Source: Phoronis australis
Taxonomy: Eukaryota; Animalia; Phoronida
Length of the DNA: 64,000 nt
Reading direction: 5' to 3'
Assembly (NCBI GenBank): GCA_002633005.1
Contig: NMRA01000106.1
Span: 477,655-541,654 of the forward strand
Position 1 is the first letter of the stretch. Each line of letters begins with the position of its first letter. Below, in pieces: positions 11,424 to 23,400 of this stretch. The notes under the pieces are model-generated. The model saw only the letters and a list, made by a program, of their open reading frames with translations. It did not search any database and had not been told where the DNA came from. Position numbers and translations under genes: made by a program.

Positions 11424-14400
11424 ATGGCTTTTTTGCAGGTAACATTTCCGGGATCTTTTTCATCATATGTGTGCTATTTTCGGTGTCAGTTTTTAATTTG
11501 GTTATGTGATTTTGCGGCTGAAAAACTGTTGTTATCTAAAATTCCTGAGATGGAGCTTACGCATTGGCAGCAAAGCCAATAACCGACTAGTCGGTAAACA
11601 GTTAAACCAAACCAACTCGGAATACAAACCCACGTTAACACTGTTTACAGCCACAGGCACAGCCCAGGTACTCTTATCAGCCTCTCGACTAGACAATGGC
11701 CACTGGCCCAGTTACAGCAGAAACGGCAAAGGTCCTATAGGAATTTAATACATCGGAAGCTGTTCAGAGAATTATGCCACACACTGATTAAAGCATCAAA
11801 GTCATGCTTCAGTGGTTGGATAGCGGTCCCTGATTTTGAGAACCAGTTTCATCCACTGAATAACGGATGAAACTGGTTCTCAAAATCAGGGACCGCTTTA
11901 TCTGAACAGTGATTTATCTGACTTTTGCACATAGAGCCGTTAGAAGGACACCGAGGCTGTCGGTGTCTTTAATTCCTTGTTTTTTTGGTGTTTTTGATAT
12001 AAAATTGTCGATTTTAAGGTTTTAAGCTCATCAACTACATAGCATTGATCAGGTTATATTTGTTTTAAATGGTCATAACGGACAAGCCAGGTGGCATCTG
12101 AATGCTGGTCCAACGAGTTGCAATTGCAAATACTCAGAAAATTGTCGCATCAATTCCTAGTTGCGTGCTTTGACATTCAGTCATGCTGGCTTGTTTGGGA
12201 TTCTGACATTGCCAAAGATATTCAACCAATTGAATAAGTCCAGAGTAACAAAAAGACAGCAAATATAAAACTACTAGTGGTCACCTAACAAGAGAAGAAG
12301 TTACCCAGTGACTGTTTAATAAGATTGTTGCTTCCATCCTTGAATTACGTTCATGCTAAGTGCAAAGTTGATTGAATCAAACTTGTGGCTCCCAATCAAA
12401 AATAGCACATCTCATATGGTGCTTCTTGTAAGCAGTCACAGGGACATACAAGAAAACACATTTTTCTACTGACTGAGCTCCTTGTTTTCTTTGCTTTGAT
12501 TAATATGCAGTTCACATTGATGTAAGACGTAGCTAATCTTGAAAAGTTTGCAATTATTCATTGCAGTGGAGAAGATTCAATTTCTTTGACAAAGAATTAG
12601 TCAGGGATCCGGCTAATGGAGAACAGTTCAACAAGCTCAAGGTATGTATTTCAGTTTTGAACTTCACGCTGGATATTTATGGTTGAGTTCAAGTCTTACG
12701 AGACCACCAGTCATCCAGTGTGAGGCCAATTTTATGAGAGTAAAATGCATGATTATGTTGGTGGTTTTAGCTGCTGAACAGGGCAAAATGACGCTTCAAA
12801 TGATTCAGAAATGTAAAGCTAGAATTCTGCACCAGTTGATTTTTTGAAGTGTCATCATTTATTGAAAGATCACAAATTAAAAACGGACTATAATGATTCA
12901 TATTTTTCTGTATCTCTTTCATTTCTCTTACTCACAGAAAAATTACAATATATCAAATTGCAGCATGTGTCATGATTTGATAATATGAGACAAACATTGA
13001 CAGACCAAATTACTCCTTAGTATTGCTAATTGTATATAAATTTTCACCCTTACTAACATGTACTTGCATGTATGGACACAATGTTGTATTTAACACCAAA
13101 GTACAAAGGTTGTATCGGTGTCTGGGACAAATAACAGAATCCAGTTCCTGCTGCATAAACTGATAACTTGCTCTGTCGTGTCAGACAGGCCACATCTCAA
13201 GAGGATCCACATCCTCTTTCATGCCGCTTTGTTTCACTTTCAAGCTCCTCAAATATCTCTCTACACCCCTTATACATTTTGTTTTGAAAGTTTTTTCCTT
13301 CAGTAAGTTGAGAAAAGGTCCACATACAATGCGAGTGGCAGAGCCAAATAAATTTAGCAAACCTGCGTTTAAGGTCATCCATTATTTATGCGACTTAGTT
13401 TTGTCCCAATTTAGTTTAATGATTCAGTTTTATGTTTTAGTATTTGTCCTTAAGAGTTAATCAGTAGGCAAGCCATTTCTGTTAATCGTTGTATAATATC
13501 TATGGCATTAATATCATTATTGACTGATTTTATATTACAAATATACACGCGTTCGTTCTGCAATTGAGTGAATGCAGAAACGGAAGACCATGTTTTCTGC
13601 ATTGATAGTGTGGTTCTTCTTTCTGCATTTGATCTCGAACCAATCATGTTTTTGTCTCAATACAACGGAGCATGGGGAGGAGCTGTTGGAAACTGAAAGT
13701 TGTCCGTGATATTGAGTAGGCGATGGAGAAAGCCTGTAACATTGAAATGTATCGGATGTCTAGAGAGTCGTGTTGATATTGAAAGTAACACAAAAAATGT
13801 TGACAAAAGGAATTACTCTAGATTGCACTATGTAGAGTTAATGCACAATTCAATGGTAATTTAGTATGTTGGTCCATGTTTCAAGATATAATGTTTGATT
13901 TTCACACCATTCAGAAAAAGGTTCGATAGCTCTGGAATAATGTTCATGGCACCATAAGCAAAATCTGGGACCTTTTAACTAACTTTCCGTAAATCATCCA
14001 TGAACACTTATTTACTCCTTTTTGAAAATTATACCTGCTATGTGTTTGTTTTATGTGTTCTAACAGAATTGTTTAAATTCTAAGGACATTAATGTGTCAG
14101 CATGTGCCAGTGGGCGTGGCCAGATTATAATTGGGGACCACGATGGAAACCTCCACTTTCTGGACCGAAAGCTTAACTTGACATCATTTAAAGCATATGG
14201 TATCCAAGTTACACACCTGTTTCAACTCAAACAGCACAACACCCTGGTGTCAATTGGGGTAAGTTATAAACTTTGGTGAATAAACTCATCTGTGGATTGT
14301 GTGCTACATTGCCTTAGACTGAAAAGAAGTGAACACGTAGCCAATGTATGATAATAAGAGATACAAACAAATATTTGAATTATCGTTCACTAGAATCACC

Positions 14401-17400
14401 TTGCCTTGTGTCAATGTACGACAATATCAGAGTTCAGTCAGTGTTGTATGTGATCATCCAAGTCACAGACAGTTCAAGCAAGATTTGTTGTTACACTTTG
14501 TTACGTGGTGAATATCTTGCCGGTAGGTGGTTGAAACAACGCAATTTGATTTGGATATAATAATGAGTATATTGAGTAAATGTTTAAATTTCCCTAAGTG
14601 AAAGATCGTAAACATTTACAAAGAAGGTTAATCTAATCAGTCTGTGATCACGTTTTCCCATTCCTGGCATTGGCTTTGTATCCAGTGTTACACTTGTTGT
14701 CTGTGATGAGTTTTTCTTGTCTTGATCATGCCATCCAGTTTTCCAAGCAATCTTCACTTGTTGAGATACTTGGAACATTCGTTATGTTCAGTCTGTGGAA
14801 CATCAGATAAATTATGTTAACATGAATTCAGTCCATCAAACTCTAGATACATTGTATCCCCTTGAAGTTCAGTCCATGTATTTCTGCTACAATGTATCAG
14901 ATTGAAATTCAGTCCATCTAATTTCTAGTACTTGTGATATTTCTGAGCAAACCAATAGCATCTCTTCAAGAATATCTGCGATATCTCTGTAGCAAGCTGG
15001 TTGCCTCTCTTCAAGAAATGCCTGTGATATCTCTGCAGTAATCTGGTTGCCTCTTGTCAAGAAATATGCCTTCTTGAGTAGCCAACAGAATACTTATACT
15101 CAAACAGAATAAAGGTGGGCGAGTTAGATCAAAACAATAAACTCACAAACTTCCTCCAAATGCTACTTATAGACTTTCCAAAGCAATTCTAGGAACAAAA
15201 TTGTAGGATTCCAACTATGAACCCCATAACACACTTTTTTGTTTTATGTCAGATATGACCATGGTTATGTATATTGCCTAATTTCGCTGTGCTATAATTT
15301 TGTATTTCTAATGGTTTGGCGTTTTGTACAGTAATGGGAGTTTGTTCATTGTGTTTAGGAACAGAACTGGCATGCTGGATTAAGAGTGTCAATGCAAATT
15401 AGTGCATAGCACATTTAAATTGTGTCTTAAATTCCATTCACAGGAAGATGAAGAAGGCATCAATCCTTTGATCAAAGTGTGGAATTTAGACAGGGTGAGT
15501 TGTATAATTTCAGTCTGTGGTTATGTAGGAGCCAAAACAAGTGTCCAAATTTAGCTAACTTCAGAATGTCATATATCTGAAATAGGTGATGTGGTTGACA
15601 TGATGATTTCTGTTACTATGCTTTATGCATTGTTCTCCAAAATAATGCTGTTAGGATTATTGACTTCCTAAAGCCGCTCTGAGGTGGTGGCGTATTACAA
15701 CTATTATTAAAATATCTTGGTCTATTTACACTGACCTTTAGTCTATATACACTGTCACAACGTTTCGGTCGGTCTCTTCTCCAGCCATCGTCAGGTGTTC
15801 CCGCATTCTTAGAAGAACGAGCATGGATACGTGGTACACTCATGGTGTGATTTTTTGTGCATGGGTTCAAATCCTGCCTCGCACAAAAAATCACACCATG
15901 AGTGTACCTTCTAAGAATGCGGGAACACCTGACGATGGTTGGAGAAGAGACCGACCGAAACGCCGTGACAGTGTATATAGACTAGAGGTCGGTGTAAATA
16001 GACCAAGAGATTTTAATAATAGTTGTTAGGATTATTGTTTTTAAAAGCATTCACTTTAATTGCAAGAGAGTCAATTAAAAATTGGGCTTTACACTTTTCA
16101 TGAAAAAGTCAAAAGTTGCATGAAACAAAATGAAATGATAATTTAACTTCATCAGCATTTTTTTAGAATTCATTTTGGAGAAACATGACGTTGAAGCTAT
16201 TCCTTTCTGAGCAATGTAGTTTCTTTTTTGCTAAAGACATGGTCACATGACCTAATCATTGACAGATTGGTATAAAGACAAATGTCTATTGGCTACTGTA
16301 GCTACTTTCAGAAAATAAGTGATTTGGAAGTTTATAGTTTTACACTCAGATATTTGGCTGAATGCACTATCTTGTTGATAATGTCCTCCATAACCTTTAG
16401 TGGCAGAGTCACATTTAGCACAAGCTTGTTGATAATGTCCTCCATAACCTTAAGTGGCAGAGTCACATTTAGCACAAGCTAAGGACAAGATGACACTGCT
16501 TTTGCCAATTTTTGCTTGTAAACTTTGAAGCAATAAGCACATGAATGCTCTAATTATTTTTTTAATGCTCGTTTTTGTCACGTAAACAGTTTTTTAAACA
16601 TCTTGGTTTGCTTTGCTTCTGGTTTCGCTAGCTAGAAGCAAAGTATGTTTGTAAAATTGAAATTAAGTTACAACCTCGAAGAGGTATCATTATAGTAATT
16701 GTGAGGTAGTTCGTTTGGTCATATCGATGCAGTCTGGACTGCATGTTGCAGTTTTGTAGTGGTGATTTCTCTTTTTGCAAACTGGCGAAATTTCAAAGCA
16801 TATATAGGTGGCTAATTTTTAGATTGTTTACCCAGACAGTATTGGTGTTGTTGTCTGGTTTCTATTTTCATTTTTGTCATAAGTTCGAAGAAGCCAAAGG
16901 AATTTTTGTGTCAACTTTTTTCAAGTCTACGTACATGTCTGTAGGAATTCTGTTAGTCATTATTATACAACTTTTCATTTGCAATGGCTGAAGTCAAACT
17001 TTGGATAACTGGGTACTTTAAATTCTCTAGTAACCAGATTTAATCCATTGGAATTTGTTGTTGTGTTTTGTACATGGCTTCAGTGCTGTTTTACTCATCC
17101 ATTTTTCAAGTTGTGGCTTTGTTAGTAAACAAGTGATGATAATTATAACTTCTGCTAAATAGTGGTTTCGAAATATTCAGCTTTTAGGTTAATTGTCTAT
17201 TATCTGTTTTTCGTTAAGTTGGACAAGTCAGGCAACCCAAGCTGTTCACGAATTGTTCGTGCCATTCCTGGGAACAAGCCAACACCAGTGACATCTTTGG
17301 CTGTTCACGAGAACCTGAATTTGATGGCCGTTGGATTCGAAGATGGTAGCGTGGTGCTGTATAGAGGGGATGTGACCAGAGAAAGGTACGTGTAACCTTG

Positions 17401-20400
17401 AGGTACGCATAACTTTGAGGCAACTGGTGCCCAACAGCTCAATAGCGAGTATAGACTCTCCAATGTGACTGCCTGAGTTTTGTTTGAGGTTCTATGGTAT
17501 GAGAAGGCATCCGTGCATTGTGTCTATCAACTTTTTTATGACAAGGCTTTGTGGAAAATCCAAGATATTCATACAAAACGTTCACATTTTGCAGTGTTTC
17601 CATGTGAAGAACCATGGCTAATGGTGGAAAATTACATCACTTGGAGTCATAGTTGAATATTATTTGCATGCAAGTGCATCATAAACGTTGACGTCTGCTG
17701 CCATTTGTTGAGTTTTCATTACAGATAGACTCATTATGACAAATATAACTCAGTGAAACTCTGTTCTTAGCCTTTACTCTTGTCTGGCTGACTTGACACC
17801 TCTCTGTAAAAGAAACGTGACTATTCAAACAGGCACCTGGTTTTGTGGTCGGGAAGAGTCAGTTGCATGTCATGCGTTGGTCCTCCTGCTGTTTTGTATA
17901 ATGCACTGCTTCTATAATTTACACAGCAGCGTGTAATTCAAAAGGATGTCCGTGCCTTTTGTAAATTGTTTTAATGTTTTCATTGTGATAGAATGAGTGT
18001 GTTCGTTTATTTATAGACACAGCAAACACCGAACTATTCACGAGGATTCTCGTCCCATAACTGGACTCAGTTTCAAAACAACATCAAAAACAACGGTGCT
18101 TTTTGTGGTCACTGACAGTCGAGTGTATTCAGTCAATGTATCTGTTAAAGATAAGGAACAAAAGGTGAGCCATGTGTTAGACCTTACTTGCAATGGGGTG
18201 GACGGTGCTTGAACAAGAAATTGCTGGTGATTTTTGTTTTTAGTCCAGTTGGCTGAGTGTGCCTGAGCATTAAGCTTATTTCCTAAAAATGCTCTTTTGC
18301 TAAGTTTTACCAGATCTTAGAACACAGAAAGAGTTTCATCTAAAATATGATCATTTCGTAAAATGCATGGACCCGTTCCAAGAAAATGACTTGGCTTAAG
18401 ACAAATCTTAAGTTTTAGCCAATTTTAAGATTAAACTTAAATTTGTCTAAAATCTGTTCCAAGATAGTCAACAGAATTAAATAGAACTTAAGCTTCAATG
18501 AACAATGGCCGCTTCTTGGATAACTGAAACCGCTCTCTGATTCTGTAGTATTTACTCACAATGCTGCATGTCCGTAGAGCACTTCGTTCACTATTGTATA
18601 ATCACTATTTTGTATTAATAGTAGTTTGCCATTGTGATTCTGATGCTAATGAAGTCTTATTGTAACACTTGCAGTGTGTTGCAGTGCAAATTGAACGTCA
18701 ACTAAATGAGGCATAATATATCACTCTTCACCTGTTTGACTGGCCGCAGTAGTGTTTTAGCAACCCTAGATTTCAAAATCTAGGTGAATTCTATAACGAA
18801 AATTTCTGCCTCTGCAAAAGACAAAAATTGAATCCAGTGTGTGGGAATTAATCCAAAGTTGCCACCAAAGCGTGATAAGTGGAATCTAGCAAACTGTCAT
18901 GTGACCATAATGTAAATCAGTGTCGCTTCTGTTATCTTCAACTTTTTATGGCGTACGTAGCCAAAGTTGTACATTGTATGAAATGAATCAATTCCTTGAC
19001 TTTAGGGTTATAATTTGACGATGGCGTAGTATCTCCATGTCAAACATTTACTGACATTGATGACATAGCTTGTGCCTCGCTGAGACTTATACCAATCACT
19101 GACATAACATCTCCATCGCGAATAGAACTAGGGAAGCACTGCCACCTTGTGTCTACATCACGTAGACCTCCACTTAACACAATGATGATATTGTACAGGA
19201 AGACCCCAAAAATCAAATCCATGACTATTTTAATTAATCCTACAATGATTTTCTTCACAAAGTTAGTAGACTAAATTGCAGCCTGTGGATGATTCTTCCA
19301 CAAAGCTTTTACTGCATGAGTCAATTTTCATTATTTGACTTTTTGTTGTTTCAAAAAATTGATATTAGAATTTTATGCACAACTTTGTGGGCCACTCTGT
19401 ATTTCCATCATGAAGACCTCCTCTGGTCACCGATATATCATGGTCTTAGCTATAGGCCTGAATCCAGAACTGATGAGTTGTGTAAATTTTTTGTACATAT
19501 GTTACTCTGCATCACCTTAGTTATTCCTTGTGACTTCAGGAGGTGCTGGACGATCATGGCTGCGGTGTCAACTGTTCTGTGATGAGTGATGTCTCGCATG
19601 ATGGACACTTCATAATTGGCAGGTCGGATGTAAGTAAGCATTGACTATGCTGTCTGCTGACGGACTAAGTTTAGTATTTTGTCAGAAATTAGCCATCAGT
19701 CTTGAAATTCAAATTTTTAATAATAAATGAATTGTCCTGAACTCCTATTGCAAAGCCACAGATATGGTACTTACGTTGTAAGGTGGTCAATGAAACAAAG
19801 TGAAAAGGTGACAAACAGTTTAGAGCCATTAAATCCTTATGCACCACCGTATTTGAAAACCATTATAATTATAATTTTTGTTGAAATTTTGGTTCATGTT
19901 TTGATACAGAACTCTTTGTTTTTGATTTAATAAGGCGAGTTAGCATTCCAATTTATTATACAATTTACCAAACAGAATTGATTGCTGGATTCACTGGTGC
20001 TAACTTTTAGATTTTGAAGTTTGTGATTTTGGCTTGACATACAGCACACACACCAAACGTATTCAGACACAATGACCCATAATTCCCAGTAGTGACATCT
20101 GGGTGTAAGTTGAACTCATCATCAAAATAACCTTCCCTCATGACTAAGAATGGAGTAGACAGGTGGCTAAGCCATTCGGTAACTTGAACTTTGGCATGAC
20201 TTTAATTATAGTCGTTACATGTTGTTGTTGTTGTAATCATAATTATCTATAATGATGGGGAAACGGTATTTTAGCTGACTTTTGTCCAGCGGCCTGTTCC
20301 AAGTAAACTGACTTAGCTAAAGACAAATCTTAAATTTTAGTCAGTTTTAAGATTGAATTAAATTTGTCTCAAGTCTATTCCAAGAAAGGGATCTTAAGTT

Positions 20401-23400
20401 TGACTTAGGTTTTTGTCTTAAATTTTGTCTTAATTTTGACTAATTTAATGGATGTGGAAGTTTCAAAGTTTGATAGTTGAGAAAAATCTTAGACTTAAGT
20501 CAAAACTGAACTTAAAGTCAGTTTCTTGGTACAGGCCTATTTACTTAACTTCAGTTTATTAAGTATCACTAAAAACAAAATTTCTTTATTAATTTGCATC
20601 CAAGTTTACTTTGTGAAACTGCACTGTTGCTGTCATCTGTTTTGTTAAAGTTGAAATTTTCAAGTTATGCCCACAACTTTAAACTATTACCAACTTCATT
20701 TAAGCAAGAGGCTCTTTGAAGTTTCATCAGTTTTTTGATTTAGAGATTGTGGTGGTCCTCTATGGGTACATTGTACTTGACTGTAGTCTTCATTTGGCTT
20801 GCATACTGAAAAGTTATGTAATCTGTTTCGTTTTGCTTTTAATGAAAGTCGCTCGTTTTCCTTTTCATTCAGGCGGTTTACTTCTACCAGCCCGATGGTC
20901 GAGGCCCATGTTTGGCATGTGAAGGGGATAAGGTGCTATTAAGCTGGTTCCGTGGTTATCTGATCACTGTTGGCCGTGAGAACAAGACCATGGGCAGAGT
21001 GGTGTACGTTCTGTTCCAATGGACATCAATAATTTGTCAGGCCAATCTCATTAACTGAGTGTTGTATAAACCCACACCATCAATCTGTTTTTGTGGTGCA
21101 GAATGATTTTGTTGTAATGGGCGTTTAAGTATGATCTATACTTTTTTGTAATTACCTTGTAATACTCCTTGCTTAAAGTTTTGTTATGCTATTATAAAGT
21201 CACATATAAATGTTGACTTGTGAAGCAGAAAGTAAATCTGGTCATGAAAAATAATGTTTTTGATTTGCACTATTTTTTGCCGAAACTTTCGCCTATTTAC
21301 ATAATTGACAACTTTGTTTCGGTGTGCATCTTAGTGATGGAAATCATAAAATCAGCTGCCTTTTTATGTTGTCATTGCAGGGGTCCTCAAACGGTTGAGA
21401 TGAACATTGTGACTGTGTATGACATTGAGAACAAGTTCATTGCGTACTCAGCACCATTTCCCAATGTTATCGACGTAGTGTCTGAGTGGGGCTCGATCTA
21501 TATCATATCGGGTGATCAAAAGGTCAGTGAAAGTAACCTGACATCAGTTTTGACGAACTGCTGTTATTGCTTCAAAGATAATTGTCTTAGTTTGTGAACT
21601 TGGACTAAAGAAATGCAAAGCTTTAAAATCCCAGTTGTGCTCAATCATTTTCAAAGTGTCTCATTGTTTATGTCGTTATATTCCATCATTGGAACTAGAA
21701 TGGAAATGAAATGAAATGAGATATATGCAAATGTTTAAATCTGTGTCATCAGCGTGGAAATGTAGATCACAAACATTTTTAAGATTTACCTTAAGTTTAT
21801 ATACACTTAGGAGTTCAAGGGCGAGTTGCCCACCACTAAGTCTGATTGGATTACTGTATTGACCGGTGGTTCTGATGGCTCAGTGGACTGGAGTGTCTAT
21901 ACGATTAGCAGAAGGTCCCATGTCTGAGTCGGGGGCAAAAATGTTTTCAGACTTGTATTCATCAGGTCACATGATGTGGCCAACAGGTGGCGTGCTGACC
22001 AGACTTGAAATGTTTGCGGAATGTTTAAACGAATGCCATCATCAAGTAACTAACTACAAACAATACTCATTTCTGACAATATCACAGACAGTGATTTTTT
22101 GTTGATAACTAGACAGGGTATTTTCCTGTTTGTCTTGATTCATGAAGTTTGTGGTTTTTTCTAAGTGACATTGTACAGTGGAGTTTTTAAAAAAATGGGA
22201 CAACATCAAAATTTAGTGAAGTTTTGACTTGCAAAACCACAATGAAACTAAAGTTATTTCTTTTTGACTAGATTACGTTTGGGCTAAACTACGACAAAAT
22301 CTCGTCTGATGTTTCATCACGCACTTTGTAGAAATTTCAACAAGTTGCCTTACACGTCCATTTAAAAATAAACAATTTGTGACTGGATGCAATAGCAACG
22401 CTTTAAACTCCGACTAAATTTCGACATAAATTACATTTTATTGTTACAAATGTCCGACTGAACTGCCAAGTAGTTTTGGCCAGAAGTTTGCCCAAGTTTG
22501 CAGTCTCAGAGTTCTGTTGAAGTATGTCAAATTCCTTCTGAAAACTATCTGTAGCGGTGAGTTACATCTGTTTCAATGTTAACTGGCACTCACTTCTTGT
22601 TGCAGCTGTTTGTGTTGCAAGAAAAAGATACGCAAACAAAGCTGCAGATGTTGTTTAAGAAGAACATGTACCCTCTTGCTATCACGTAAGTTGTTAGTTT
22701 CTGAAGAATCACTAACATTCATTAGCTGCTTGACAGTTTGCCTAATTATCTTGCTGAAATATGTTGTTGAAAATTGGTGACAGACATTTCGAAGAAAAAA
22801 TTTTCAAATTATTGGTATTCATCATTCTGTTTTATACACTGGTGTAGATTATTATTCATCCAGGTCCATGTACACATGAGTAATTAGGAATCTTTCATGC
22901 GGACATATCTTGTTAAAACATTGGCATTGCGGGGATCACATCTGTCCTATTCGCAAGTCGATCATCTTCTGTAGAAGGGACGTGTGTGATCTAATGTTCA
23001 GCTGTATTGCACAATGATTCATTTAAAATAGTGTTGATACGCAATGACCAGCAGTTTTACAAACTGACATATATTGTCATATTAACTGTCCACACACCTG
23101 CATGAATGGGAATACGTGCAGCAGTATGCTCAACTACTGCAAATAAAAATGTTTCGTCCTCTGTCAAAGTAATTAGTTACTGCACCACAATTTCTGCAAA
23201 CGTGTTTTCTTATACTTTGCAGCCTTGCAAAAAGTCATCAGTTTGATGCGGATGGATTATGTGAAATATTCAGACAGTATGGCGATCATCTATACAGGTT
23301 TGTTCATAGTTTCTGAAATATTCTATTTCAAGCTCATCAGTGGAGTAGGTGAGTTCCTTGAAAGTGTCAGGCAGGTACAGTTAAAACATAGCTTTAGGCA

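Larger units (their letters stand above)
15663..16026. mobile_element. Non-autonomous fold-back retroelement (Penelope-pLTR / retrozyme / hammerhead-SINE-like) with target-site duplication
   Basis: Arms 15697-15860 and 15881-16026 are inverted copies (6 substitutions in the ~118-nt outer part plus a ~17-nt indel). Loop contains GGTTCAAATCC. 34-nt unpaired tail at 15663-15696. Flanking direct repeat TGTTAGGATTATTG at 15649-15662 and 16024-16037. Confidence 0.8.

Noticed and set aside
15616-16029. Two near-identical opposite-strand ORFs (..KNAGTPDDGWRRDRPKR..)
   Set aside because: A consequence of the inverted repeat; the conserved signal is RNA structure, not protein.
21866-21940. tRNA gene
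   Set aside because: A-box present but B-box and acceptor stem are degenerate; treated as a SINE remnant.
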